Positions 1 to 10,474 of a stretch of DNA of 64,000 bases are shown piece after piece. The position numbers and the translations under genes were made by a program. The stretch is from Andalucia godoyi And28 (taxonomy: Eukaryota; Protista; Jakobida), in the NCBI GenBank assembly GCA_009859145.1, contig VRVR01000039.1, positions 7,909-71,908 on the forward strand, in the 5' to 3' direction. The stretch's first letter is position 1. Each line of letters begins with the position of its first letter. The notes under the pieces are model-generated. The model ran no database searches and was not told where the DNA came from. It was given only the letters and a program-made list of their open reading frames with translations.

Positions 1-226
1 GTGTATGTGACTGCCGATTGCACGGAACCGTAGTTTGTGGTGAGCTCTGAGCATTGTTGCCGAAGCAGTCCTCATGTGCACTCTGACAAGAGTAGATTTC
101 CTGGATTCGCGAACGCAGATGACACACGCTGAAACGCTGCGATTTCCGAGACTGTGTGGAAAACCCCCGACTCCAGGCCGCAGCCGACCCAACCGAGGAC
201 TTTCAGAGGATCAACGCAATAAAAGC

Positions 227-1108
227 TCACATTACTCCCTTCAGCATAGCCATGGTCGTTTCGTACCCGAGGAAGAGCGTGGAATGGCCGACAAACGCCC
301 GCAGCAGCGTCGGTCCAATACCACGATAAAGGGCGAGGCGTGCGAGAGACGCAGAGGACGGAGGATAAAATGTGCGCGCAATGCTTGCTAGAGTTGGTTT
401 TGAAACGGATCCTGTAGGCAGATCTGGCTGTGCTTGAATGCGGCTCTTCAACACATCTACGGGATAAACGATGAACCATCCAATCATTCCAGTCAAGCCG
501 CCGGATATCCAGGAGTTGAACGATCTGTTCTCTTTTCCAACCACGGAATCTGATAGCGCTCTCATTTTGTCGTAGATGACAAAGTACATTGTGTAACCAA
601 CGACATCCTTGATGCACGACAACTGCCATCCTCGGTACAGAGACAAGAAGCCCTCCGTTCGCGCGAGATTTAGTCCTTGCATGAGCGTTCCCTTGAGAGA
701 TAGCGAACTCTCCAATGAGGTGGCGGTCTGTGCATTCTGGAAACGAATTTTGATTTGGTCAATTGGGAGAGAAACAATACCGTTCGCCACGCCTGTCAGA
801 GCACCCGCAAAGAACTTTGCATAGAGGTCGTTTGACATGCGCGGCCGGATGATTTCGAGTACGGAAGCATACGTCCCAAAAGATATTGCTTTTTGAAAAG
901 CAACCATTGGCAGTGGTGAATAGATTCCACGATACAGCGCTCTATAGCCTTCGTTCGCAATTGTCGAGCGAAAGCAGTGCATTGCTGAAGGGAAGGACGA
1001 CTGTAACTGCATCCGGATTCGGATTGTATCCAGCGGGTATCCAACGACAAGGCCAACCGATCCACCAACCACTCCTGCCAAGAACGGGTGAAAACTGTCC
1101 GGTACCAT
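227..1108 (-). CDS. Mitochondrial carrier (SLC25 family; amino acid/carnitine carrier-like), 293 aa
   Basis: Three carrier signature motifs (PLDTIRIRMQ, PIDQIKIRFQ, PVDVLKSRIQ) and six hydrophobic helices. Start moved from TTG 1126 to ATG 1108. Substrate is inferred only. Confidence 0.93.
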   Translation of the reverse strand: MVPDSFHPFLAGVVGGSVGLVVGYPLDTIRIRMQLQSSFPSAMHCFRSTIANEGYRALYRGIYSPLPMVAFQKAISFGTYASVLEIIRPRMSNDLYAKFFAGALTGVANGIVSLPIDQIKIRFQNAQTATSLESSLSLKGTLMQGLNLARTEGFLSLYRGWQLSCIKDVVGYTMYFVIYDKMRALSDSVVGKENRSFNSWISGGLTGMIGWFIVYPVDVLKSRIQAQPDLPTGSVSKPTLASIARTFYPPSSASLARLALYRGIGPTLLRAFVGHSTLFLGYETTMAMLKGVM

Positions 1109-1551
1109 CGCAACAATCCAATGCAAAGAGAGGCTGTATCGTCGTTAATGAATCCTATTTTATATGGTGGTGGGCGGTCTGCGCCTTTTTAATTCACGTT
1201 TGCCCCTCTTTTTTTTTTTTTTGGGGGGGGGGGGGTCACCAAGCAGATCCTCCTCTCGCTTCAAGTTCAAGAACAACGATTACGGCAGTCGGCAATGCCG
1301 GGGATCTTGTGGTGGCCATTTGAGAAATCACACGCTGCCGTTCTGTGGACATCCCAAAAATCAGGGCACAATCCGAATGCAAGGACTTGTAATACCACGC
1401 TTGGACAAACAACACGATCGAACGATGATCAAGCAGTGGGTGACCGCTCCTGAGACACCATCAAGCGAAATCTCGATCGCTTTCTTCCAAATTCTCCGTC
1501 TTGTCGCGCTGTGTTTCATTTCATATCTTCCTTCCTTCCCTCCGGCTGTGG

Positions 1552-2394
1552 CTACTTCTTCACCGGCACAATTAGTCGCAGTGGATTCGACAAAAGGGAA
1601 ATAAGATCCGAGGAGAACCGAGCACAGGTACCCCCATCCACAATTCGATGATCCCCCACAAAAGATGCTCTGACAACGTCCAACGTTGCGATTTTCGACT
1701 CCTGATCAAATTGAATCTCCGGTACTGGATAAAACATAGACGCTGCAAAGGATGTCCCGGGTGCAATCACGGGATTTGCGATTTGTCCAGACTCCAACAG
1801 GTCAAGATCAACAGAAGCCTCGATTGTACTGTTCGCATCCGGTGCTCTCGGATTCATCGCCAGTGCCGTGTTGATGCGGGTCAATATGCTGCGCAGAGAC
1901 TGTTGTGCTGCATTTGGAATCACAATCTGCGCCTGCCCTATGCGGACTCGGACATTCACGTCCTTTCGCAACACAATGGATGACTTGTCCGCAGACAAGT
2001 ATGCATTCAGTATCGGGTACGCCGCAATGCAGTTGCTGAAAGACTTCACAAACAAACTCCAAACAACCGTCTTGACGCTCATGTCCATCTGACCGGCAAT
2101 TATGGCACTTACATCCACTGCATACGATACGGCCGAATCCGAGAGCCCGAATGTCGGAACAGCGGTGACGGCAAACGGCGGTAGTCTCGCACCAGATGGC
2201 GCATTCTGCCTTGTCAGAGACGGAATGGCGGCAGAGCCTGGATGCGTTCTGACATAGTCCAGAACATCTGTCTTCGACACGACACCCCGGTGAGCATTCG
2301 CACACAGCAGCGCGAGACTGATTCCGTTTTCCGCAGCCAGCCTCTTGGCAGAAGGCCAAGCTTTGATCAAGGAAGAAAAACGTCGAGTGTGCAT
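1552..2394 (-). CDS. Lipoyl-less 2-oxoacid dehydrogenase E2/E3-binding-protein-like protein, 280 aa, probably mitochondrial
   Basis: Presequence-like start (MHTRRFSSLIK), a peripheral subunit-binding domain (PSAKRLAAENGISL...GVVSKTDVLDY) and a diverged acyltransferase domain ending in FVGDHRIVDGG. No lipoyl domain. First ATG at 2394. Confidence 0.8.
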   Translation of the reverse strand: MHTRRFSSLIKAWPSAKRLAAENGISLALLCANAHRGVVSKTDVLDYVRTHPGSAAIPSLTRQNAPSGARLPPFAVTAVPTFGLSDSAVSYAVDVSAIIAGQMDMSVKTVVWSLFVKSFSNCIAAYPILNAYLSADKSSIVLRKDVNVRVRIGQAQIVIPNAAQQSLRSILTRINTALAMNPRAPDANSTIEASVDLDLLESGQIANPVIAPGTSFAASMFYPVPEIQFDQESKIATLDVVRASFVGDHRIVDGGTCARFSSDLISLLSNPLRLIVPVKK

Positions 2395-2411
2395 AGAAGA
2401 AGTCCAAGTCA

Positions 2412-2700
2412 CTGTGCAACAATAAAAAGAAATTAGAAGGGAGGAGTAGGAGGAGGGAATGCAAGGCCTGCTGAAATCCAACAGCATGAATTAAGAGGTG
2501 AACGAGGTGAACGGAATGAACGAATGAAAAGAGAGGAATGCGGACAAAAGGCCGCGAAAAGGAAAGGGAGCACGTGTTTTCGTGCTGCATCCTCAATTGA
2601 GTCTGGACGAATAAATTCATGCCAAGAAAAGGGTGTTTTTCTCCTGCCAAAAAAGACGGAGTGCATAGTGTGTGTGCACTTGGATGGACGACAGGCTCAC
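2412..2700 (-). other. Probable 5'UTR spliceosomal intron of the E2-like gene
   Basis: Minus-strand donor CTG|GTGAGC at 2700, branch-like TTCTAAT, a polypyrimidine tract and acceptor GCACAG at 2412, 18 nt before the ATG. Confidence 0.5.
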
Positions 2701-2794
2701 CAGCCGACCCCACACTTCTCTCGGACGCGTGCGTGTTTACATTCCAGCCAAACAGAGGGGAGAGGGTTGGGGAGAAAAGGTAGGAGGGAAGTAG

Positions 2795-4024
2795 ATGAGC
2801 TCTAGAGCAAGGACTGAGATTCACCCGGAAGATGTCCAGAGATTGCTGGATCGGCTGTTTGACGAGTGTCGCGACGATCGGTTCGCGAACCGTCGACGGC
2901 TTCTCATGCTGAAATCAAGCAATTTTCAAATGGAGCGCTGCATTCGAGCCATGCAGTCGTACCTTGGCTCATTTCGAGAGTTTTCAATGGAAGTCGAGAA
3001 TCACGCTATTGCATTGCAAGAGTCGCCGCAGCAGGCTTTGCAGATCGGAAAGTCCCTGCAGCAGAACGTCCGGCTTCTTACGGACCGCGGGCGGGCATCG
3101 GGAGACGATAATGTGGATCCTACCTCGCGATCGTTTGTGCTTCCGTCAAAGGTGGCGTCTACTTTGCTGCGCAATCCGAGCCGTGTCACCATTTGGGATG
3201 TCTGCTCCGGAAGCGCCGACCATATTCATCCGCAGTTCTTGCGGCGACTGCAGACACAGCTGCAATCGTTCGCGACTCTGTTGGCAGCTCTTCGAGAGAA
3301 TGTGTTTACAGAACTTGCATTCGCGGACAAGCAAAGTCGGAGATCGGCCTTGCTGACGTCTCTGACCGAGCAGATTGATCGACTGATATCAGATGTGTCG
3401 GTCGTGGCGCCGCTTGTGCATTCGTCCACGCCCGGCTCGCAAGATGAAATTTTGGCAACGGATCTTTCGCAGATGAAGATGCCGGCACGCGTCCAAGTTC
3501 TAGAGTCCCGAGTCGCGTTATTGCAGCTTCGCATTCAAGCACTCGAAGCGGAGCGTCAGTACTGGAAAGACATGAACGACGTGTCGTTCAACAGCAAGTC
3601 GACCGTGCAGGTTGCATCTTCCACCGAGTTGCGGAATTTCATCCAGTCGCTTGTGTCTGCTTTCCGCAATTTTGATGCTGCCCCCGATGGCGATTCGCTC
3701 AAGGAGTTTTTGACCCACTGTCGCAAGACGATTCCGTTCATGGAGCAGCATCTCGAGGAGTCGAGCCAGTCTCTGTCGTCTCGTGACGTGTCGAAAGAAT
3801 TAGATCGTCTGAAAGTCCTCTTTGAACAGGAACGAGATGCGCTCTTAGAGAAGCAGTACGCTGTCGAGAAGCAAATATCCGAAAAGACTGCGTTGTCTGC
3901 AGCAGCGTCGGTGTCTGCCAGTACCTCCCGCAGCACAAACAGGCAGGAACCCTTTGCACCCTCGACGCCATCACGGCCGCTTCCTGAGCGCTCCCGAACA
4001 CAGCGGAAACCTTGGCAAGACTGA
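2795..4024 (+). CDS. Hypothetical coiled-coil protein, 409 aa
   Basis: Long ATG-started ORF with helical heptad-like segments, followed by an AT-rich 3' spacer. No family recognised. Confidence 0.75.
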   Translation: MSSRARTEIHPEDVQRLLDRLFDECRDDRFANRRRLLMLKSSNFQMERCIRAMQSYLGSFREFSMEVENHAIALQESPQQALQIGKSLQQNVRLLTDRGRASGDDNVDPTSRSFVLPSKVASTLLRNPSRVTIWDVCSGSADHIHPQFLRRLQTQLQSFATLLAALRENVFTELAFADKQSRRSALLTSLTEQIDRLISDVSVVAPLVHSSTPGSQDEILATDLSQMKMPARVQVLESRVALLQLRIQALEAERQYWKDMNDVSFNSKSTVQVASSTELRNFIQSLVSAFRNFDAAPDGDSLKEFLTHCRKTIPFMEQHLEESSQSLSSRDVSKELDRLKVLFEQERDALLEKQYAVEKQISEKTALSAAASVSASTSRSTNRQEPFAPSTPSRPLPERSRTQRKPWQD

Positions 4025-4358
4025 GACCAACCAGCGCCACTGCGCCTTCTTCCTTGTCTACAAAAGAGAATAATTGAATGTTTCTGGACGCCACCCAATG
4101 TTTTAAACTGCTGCATGTTCGCACCCTCGTTTTTTATTTTTATTTTATTATTATTTTTTTTATTACTGCTCTTTACGTTTCGAATATTCTTCTCATTTGT
4201 CGAGGATTAAAAATAAGAAATAAGTATTTTTAAAACAATGCATAATAAAAATATATAATATATGAAATAATTATTATAAAATAAAAAAACAATTCCCATC
4301 ACCAAGACAAGACAAGGGAAAGGGAGAAGGAAAAAAAAATTGCTTTTGAAACAAGGAG

Positions 4359-5162
4359 CTAAATCTCGTCGTCGTCTCCAAGTCCCAGCGGCGGGAAATC
4401 CCCCACTTCTGCATCCTCGGCGGGAACCATGACCCCACAGTATGCAGGTGCCTTGAAGTATCGCTTCCCCTTCACTTCTCCGTCATGCTTTCCAACAGGC
4501 TCGTCCAGTTGCAGTCCGATCCAGTATCCCTTGGCAAAGGAGACCTTACCAACAAAGGCGACGACACCGCGACGGTCGCCCTCTACTCGGCCCCGCAAGC
4601 CAACGGATGCCTTATCTGCAGCTTCTTTTCCATCTTCGTCTTCACGGGGCTTGGTGGCCTCATCTTTCGGCTCATGGAGATGCCCGAAATGCTTCATGTA
4701 CTCCTCAGGGTTGGCCAGCTTCCATTCTCTGAACGTCCCCTTGCGAGCTCTGTACTCTTCGTCCGACATGTGGTACTTGGGGGCTTCGTTGTAGTCCTGG
4801 AGGCGAGCAACAGTGCGGAAAGGATCTGTGTCCTCCACGGAAACCATGAAACCGTCGCGGAGACCGTAGTTTCCAATTGCAAGGTTGTCGTTGTCCATGA
4901 CGCCCACGCGATTGCGCTGCTCGTCAAAAACATGGAGCTTCTGGTGCACGGGCGCTGTTCCGACAGTAAGCATGATCTTCGCCTTGAAATCGCTGACGCT
5001 CATTGACAATGCAAAGTTCTGCCAATTGTTCGCAGTCATGTCTTTGGTCCGCAACAAATCAGAGGTGATCTCCAGACGAACCCATCCAGCAGGAGACTGT
5101 CCAAATGCTTTTCCATCTTGCGCCGTCACCCATGCACGCAGAGCTTCCTTTTCTGCCGCCAT
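4359..5162 (-). CDS. TBCB: Tubulin-folding cofactor B (ubiquitin-like + CAP-Gly), 267 aa
   Basis: N-terminal Ubl region (KIMLTVGTAPVHQKL) and C-terminal CAP-Gly (GYWIGLQLDEPVGKHDGEVKGKRYF). ATG at 5162. Confidence 0.93.
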   Translation of the reverse strand: MAAEKEALRAWVTAQDGKAFGQSPAGWVRLEITSDLLRTKDMTANNWQNFALSMSVSDFKAKIMLTVGTAPVHQKLHVFDEQRNRVGVMDNDNLAIGNYGLRDGFMVSVEDTDPFRTVARLQDYNEAPKYHMSDEEYRARKGTFREWKLANPEEYMKHFGHLHEPKDEATKPREDEDGKEAADKASVGLRGRVEGDRRGVVAFVGKVSFAKGYWIGLQLDEPVGKHDGEVKGKRYFKAPAYCGVMVPAEDAEVGDFPPLGLGDDDEI

Positions 5163-5668
5163 TTCCGAAACCCGTAAACAGTGATTCAAATAACAATGAC
5201 GATAATACAAAGAAAAAGAAGAAAAACGGAAACGGAGGGGGAAATGTCTCTAAACGAAAACAAAAACAATAAGATTAATATCAAAAAAATATTATTATCT
5301 TAACAAATATTGAACTTGATTTTGAAATTTTATTATTTTTAACAACAGCAAAAAAACAAAAAACAAAAACACAAAAACACAAAAACACACCCAAAGACCC
5401 AAATGCTGATGTGATGAAAAGACTGCGCAATTTCACGTCCAAGGTTGAGGGGCCGCTTTGGGGGAATCGGCATCATAACTGCAAAAGAGAAAACGCGGGA
5501 TCTTTAAACCCGAGGAGCTTGCCTCAATTGGGCACCTTTTTTGTGTATTGCCGCCATTTTTGCGACATGGGGGTGGTGGTGGGGATGAGCCCTTCGTTAC
5601 GACTGATAAACTGTGTTTTTTTTTTTTTTGTTTTTGGTGGAACGCTCCTCTTCGTTTTTTTCGTTGCT

Positions 5669-6442
5669 TTATGATTCGCCAAGGGTGCGTCCGCGTCCGC
5701 TGAAATATCGAGAGCTGCTCGGGGAGGAACCAGACGGTGGTCCAGAGTATGCGGCTCCGGACGGCGGTTGCGGCCCACCGAAGCGGATTGGACCACCATG
5801 CGCTGCCGAGTTCTGTGCTCGCTGCATCGACTCTGGGATTGGCACCAAACGCGCGAGCGAGTCTACAAAGGACGGGACGTGCCATTTGGAGCCAATCAGG
5901 TAATATGCGTGTCCGGCCATGATTCCGACAAGAGGATGCATGTAGTCGCCTTGAAGCGCCGAGAAAACTCCGAAAGCAATGGCAAGGTACATTGCCTCAA
6001 TCTGAATACCAAACATGAGCGAGACAACGGTATGTGGGTTCTGCCGAGCATACACGTGCAGAACGGCAAACATCATGACGAACCCGGGAACCAGTGGAGA
6101 CATTGCGGTGGACGCAAGACTCAATGCTGCGAGCTGCATCCACATGAACAGGTATCCCGAGGAAGGATACGGCGTATTGTTTGGAAACGACGACTCCACC
6201 GATGCAGAGTACCGCGAGATCAGAAACAAATTGATGAGAGACGCAAACGACAGCGGACCAAGATAAAAAAGAGAGAATATTCTATAAAATTGAAAGTGGT
6301 AGAGAAAGCGGTGCCAGTCCCACAGCACAGAGTACGGGGACACCAGTCCAAAGAACGTGACGACAGAGAGCCCCAAGGACGCTGTAACCCAGTAGCGAGT
6401 CCACACGGGCATTGCATTGAACAGTTCGGAAATCGTAGGCAT
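5669..6442 (-). CDS. DERL1: Derlin (ERAD membrane protein), 257 aa
   Basis: Derlin-type start (MPVWTRYW), rhomboid-like TM segments, GIMAGHAYY motif and C-terminal SHP box (FSGRGRTLG). Paralogue assignment is approximate. Confidence 0.9.
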   Translation of the reverse strand: MPTISELFNAMPVWTRYWVTASLGLSVVTFFGLVSPYSVLWDWHRFLYHFQFYRIFSLFYLGPLSFASLINLFLISRYSASVESSFPNNTPYPSSGYLFMWMQLAALSLASTAMSPLVPGFVMMFAVLHVYARQNPHTVVSLMFGIQIEAMYLAIAFGVFSALQGDYMHPLVGIMAGHAYYLIGSKWHVPSFVDSLARLVPIPESMQRAQNSAAHGGPIRFGGPQPPSGAAYSGPPSGSSPSSSRYFSGRGRTLGES

Positions 6443-7545
6443 TCTTACCGGTATGCTTCTTTTTTCCTTTCTTCTTTTTCTTCCAGTTTGCTACAAGCTG
6501 CCTGCTTCTGCTTCGAGGACGAGATAAAGAGCGGAGCGGGGAGAAGGACGGGGAGAGGGTTAGGAGGAGTTGTTGTTGATCGCTTTCTTCGCAGATTCGC
6601 AGGATGGAATAAGCCCAATCGTCAGGTCTTGAGGGTGTTCGGTGCTGACGCCACGTGGGAGGGAGGGGGACAGGTGTGGGGGGACTTCGAGTCTATTCTT
6701 GTGGATGTTGAAACATGTCGACCGACGACGGGAAACGGAGGGTCACGGATTTGCATGAGGCAGTGGGATTTGAAGACCGCTCGCCAAAACGTGAATCATT
6801 ATTGGTCACACAGGCTGTTGTCGTCAACCACAGATCCAAGCCGCATGTTTTTTTTTTGTTTTTTTTTATTTGGGGGGCGAGCACGAACTCTTCAATGCAG
6901 ATTGTTTTGCAGTCAAAGGGTCATCGCAACCAACAAATTCCCCAATCGATTCAACATTCAAAGAAATGAACGTTGGCGGGAACAGAATGTGGTTGGCGGT
7001 GCTGCACATCGCATGCGCAATTCTGTGACGACGCAATTGCCTTTGCTTCTTCTTGTTCTCTGACTTGAAAGCGCATTCCGAACGCAAATCGATCACATCT
7101 TCGTGAATTTAAAATATCTTGCTCTCCGCCTCGGACGAGAGGGGGTCAACGGGTTCCTCGGTTCTCGGCATCGTCGAGCATGGCCGGTGTGAGTTCGTTG
7201 GGAACATCCCTCTTTGGAGCCATGAGGTGTTTTTTCTCTGACGAAAGGTGCTGTTTGAGGGTTCGATTATAAAAAAACCAAACAAACAGAAAGAATAATA
7301 GAAGGAATAGAAAGCGAATGAAAGAAATTCTGAACCCAACTACGGTAGGAACATCGCGTCCCCACAGGGTAGACAAACATACTTCCAGTACAACGTTTGT
7401 GTGTTTGGTGTTCAAAGTTGATGCACAAAACGGTCAACCGTTCTTTGTGTGACACCCTGACACACCGACACCCGGCGAAAGACAAAAAGGAGGGACCGAC
7501 CCCGCTGAGGCCCACGACGTCCGCTGCACTTTCAGGAAGCACAAC

Positions 7546-9609
7546 ATGTCGAGTGAAGTGCCGTCTGCAAGAGTTCGGGTGGCGATTCGGCTTCGTCCGT
7601 CGTCGGAAGCAGAAGCCGCCCGCGGAGATCCCGAGGTGTTTTATGCGCCGACGATGACCACCCTCGCGACGACAGGGACCGCTCCGTCTCCAAAGTCGTA
7701 CACGTTTGATCTGGTGCTTCCGGGAGACACGCAGCAGGAAGATGTGATCCATGCGTGCTCGCTCCCCGATCTGCTCTCCTCGGTCGTGGATGGATACATT
7801 AGCACGGTGATGGCGTACGGACCAACGGGTGCTGGAAAGACGTTCACAATGACAGGCCCAGAACAGAATCCAGGCATGATTCCGCGGGCGTTTTCTATAC
7901 TGTGGGACATCATCTCCCACATCAGCTCACAGGGTGCAGAGGCTGCATTCCGTGTCCAGTGCTCCTATCTCGAAATCTATAATGAAAAGGTGTATGATCT
8001 GCTGACTTCGGGGTCATCGAATGAGACCTTGCCGGTGCGATGGACGTCGAAAGAAGGGTTCTTTGTGGAAGGACTCATGCTGGTGGAGTGTCGCGACGCC
8101 AGTGACATGATGTTTGTGCTGCGCGAGGGCCTCAGCAACCGTCGAGTGGCTGCTAACCAAGTGAATCGAGATTCGTCGAGGTCTCATGCGTTGTTTACCG
8201 TGTTTGTGGAGTGCAAACGCACTGACCGGCTGGACGGTACGACCACCGTCCGAAGAGGGAAGATGCATTTCGTGGATCTCGCTGGGTCCGAGAGACTCGG
8301 AGATGCACACATGACAACTGCGTCCGGGGCGTCCTCGTCTGCTGGCCAGCCTTTTTCCTCGTTTTCCAACACTTCGTTGCTGCAGACCCAAGTCAGTAGC
8401 ATGTCGGCAGGCTCTTCCGAATCAACTCTGTTGAGAGAAACTGTACATATCAACAAGAGTTTGTTCACCCTGGGCAAGGTGATCTCGGTCCTGGGCGACC
8501 CGTCATTTGTCCCGGGATCGCGGTACGTGCCGTATCGAGAATCTGTGCTCACTCGTCTGCTTATGGATGCTCTTGGTGGATCTGGTCGTACGCTTCTTGT
8601 TGCATGTGCGTCCCCAAGTCTTCGGTCGTGGGACGAGACGATGCTGACTCTCCAATATGCTGCGCGCGCTGCAAACATTCGCAATCGCCCAATGTTGCAA
8701 ATGGATCCGCGAGAACACATGATTGAAATGCTTCGTGAGCAGCTTCGCGCGCTGCACAATGAGAACCAGGCTCTTCGGTCTCTTGTTCATCCCTCAGCAC
8801 TCTCTATGCTGCCGAACCAAATGGCCGTGCTTGCACAGTCTTCGTCTGGCGGCAGCAGTGTGACGAGTGCTGGCTCTGCGCCCTCTGGTAGTGGATCGGG
8901 TGGTGTGGCAGGTGCCCGCTTGGTTCCTCTTCGATCGTCCTTCTCCCCGCAAAACATATTGTCGTCGTCGCCATTGTCGTCGCCATTGTCGTCTTCCAAC
9001 GGCGGCGGTGCGGTGAATGTGAATGTCGACAACCTTGTGGAAGAGAATAACAAGATAGCAGGCCAGCTGGAGGCAATGCAGCGACAAATGGAAGAGCTGA
9101 TGCGTGAGAACGATGTGATTCGCGCTGGCTGTTCGTATATACCCGAAGGATCGTCTGTATCTGTTCGGGAAGAGGAACTTGCTCGGCATGTGCAAGTGCT
9201 GCGCGCCTTGCTGGAAGAACGGTTTTCTTCGCTTGATGCAGAACGGCTGAGTGGAGCTGTAGCGCAGCTTCTCAATGAGATGAGAACGTCTTCGTTTTCG
9301 TCGAACATCGAGACTCTTGAAGTCCAAAAGCTGAAAGAGCACAACGCAAGCATGAAGCGGCAGATCGAGGAACTTGAAAAACGAGAGAAGGAGTGGATGC
9401 GCAAACAAGATGAGCAGCAAAAGTGGACTGTCCCCGACGACTTGTCTCCCGATTCTAGCACTCCTTCGTCGTCGTCTTCCGTTTCAGCTGCTACCTCTGC
9501 TGTGGACGCTAAACGTCGCATGCGGCTTCTTCAGAACGAAAATGGGTATTTGAAACGGCGAATTTTTGAACTGGAAGCACAAATCGGAATGCACGATCCG
9601 GACGGATAA
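7546..9609 (+). CDS. KIF12: Kinesin-16/KIF12-like motor, 687 aa
   Basis: P-loop GPTGAGKT, switch I NRDSSRSH, switch II DLAGSER and VPYRES. LPVRWTSKEGFFVEGL resembles KIF12. C-terminal coiled coils. Confidence 0.88.
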   Translation: MSSEVPSARVRVAIRLRPSSEAEAARGDPEVFYAPTMTTLATTGTAPSPKSYTFDLVLPGDTQQEDVIHACSLPDLLSSVVDGYISTVMAYGPTGAGKTFTMTGPEQNPGMIPRAFSILWDIISHISSQGAEAAFRVQCSYLEIYNEKVYDLLTSGSSNETLPVRWTSKEGFFVEGLMLVECRDASDMMFVLREGLSNRRVAANQVNRDSSRSHALFTVFVECKRTDRLDGTTTVRRGKMHFVDLAGSERLGDAHMTTASGASSSAGQPFSSFSNTSLLQTQVSSMSAGSSESTLLRETVHINKSLFTLGKVISVLGDPSFVPGSRYVPYRESVLTRLLMDALGGSGRTLLVACASPSLRSWDETMLTLQYAARAANIRNRPMLQMDPREHMIEMLREQLRALHNENQALRSLVHPSALSMLPNQMAVLAQSSSGGSSVTSAGSAPSGSGSGGVAGARLVPLRSSFSPQNILSSSPLSSPLSSSNGGGAVNVNVDNLVEENNKIAGQLEAMQRQMEELMRENDVIRAGCSYIPEGSSVSVREEELARHVQVLRALLEERFSSLDAERLSGAVAQLLNEMRTSSFSSNIETLEVQKLKEHNASMKRQIEELEKREKEWMRKQDEQQKWTVPDDLSPDSSTPSSSSSVSAATSAVDAKRRMRLLQNENGYLKRRIFELEAQIGMHDPDG

Positions 9610-9799
9610 TGAGCGATGGGGCCGTGGGGCAAATGCTGGATGCGCAATTCTGCACACAACAAAAGAGAGCAATACCAAGAGAAAGAGTGTATATTATTTT
9701 TATTATTTTTAAACAAAAGGATCAGATGGGCCGCTGTACATTAAAATGGCCAACAAAATACCGGCGGAGTCGACGACGATGGGGATGGTTATGGTAAAT

Positions 9800-10474
9800 T
9801 CAACTATTGACGGCGTGGAGCTGCTTGCCGCGGGGGCGATATGCAAGCCAAGCAGCTGAGTGTACCGAGACGTCTGTGGACGATTCAGGAGACCGACCAA
9901 GGACGCGCTTGAGACAGCGCATGACCTTCGAGTCGGCAGACACAACCTTGAGAATCGATGTGCCCTCGGGAACATCGACCGCAAAGTGCTCATGCGAAGA
10001 TAACTGCGGCGGCACTGCAGAATGAAATCGGGAGCTAGAAGGAGTGCTTCTCCTATATTTTCGTCGACGATTCTCTTCGGCATCACCATCGTCCCTGTCG
10101 TCTATCTCGGACAACCGATGCCTCTTGGTAGCCGTCGGCGATCCGCAGGTAAATGTAAAGCAAAACGACTCCATGCCAGGCAGCACATTCGACCTCCGCT
10201 TCTTTCCAGACTTCATTGCGCACCCCACCCCGTCGCCCTTCACCAGTGGCGGTGTCGCGTCGGGGGTTGAAATGAAACATGAGGATGATGATGATGATGA
10301 TGACGACGACGAGGTGGTGGTGGTTGTGGAGGATGCAGGAAGAGAGAAGCAAGACAAGTCGGATGAGACGGGAGAAGAGGATGAAGAAAGGGAATTGGAT
10401 GGAGAGGCCGTCGCAGTGCTGTTGCGATCTGCGACATCCGTGTTGAGAAGAAAGTGGATCGATGACTTGGACAT
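9800..10474 (-). CDS. Hypothetical Ser-rich protein, about 224 aa
   Basis: ORF with poly-Ser tracts like those in neighbouring real genes and basic NLS-like patches (KKRRS, RRRKYRR). Converges on the kinesin 3' end. An alternative ATG lies at 10498. Confidence 0.55.
   Translation of the reverse strand: MSKSSIHFLLNTDVADRNSTATASPSNSLSSSSSPVSSDLSCFSLPASSTTTTTSSSSSSSSSSSCFISTPDATPPLVKGDGVGCAMKSGKKRRSNVLPGMESFCFTFTCGSPTATKRHRLSEIDDRDDGDAEENRRRKYRRSTPSSSRFHSAVPPQLSSHEHFAVDVPEGTSILKVVSADSKVMRCLKRVLGRSPESSTDVSVHSAAWLAYRPRGKQLHAVNS

Noticed and set aside
1245-1550. snRNA candidate (Sm-site-like GATTTTTGG on the minus strand, small hairpins)
   Set aside because: No U1/U2/U4/U5 signature sequence. The segment is explainable as the E2-like 3'UTR and carrier promoter.
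5768-7063. 431-aa plus-strand ORF, and similar long shadow ORFs (1808-2824, 24883-26283, 44922-45779)
   Set aside because: They are antisense to, or out of frame with, well-supported genes, run through homopolymer spacers, and have no protein-like motifs.
6951-7223. Minus-strand ORF MAPKRDVPNEL... continuing past an in-frame TGA at 7146-7148 (possible selenoprotein or readthrough)
   Set aside because: No CxxU-type context, no recognisable family and no convincing SECIS. A second frame shows a similar in-frame TAA, so chance is sufficient.
8322-8385. Intron explaining the kinesin L11 insert
   Set aside because: Candidate donors give lengths of 64, 55 or 49 nt, none a multiple of three, and the donor sequences are poor.
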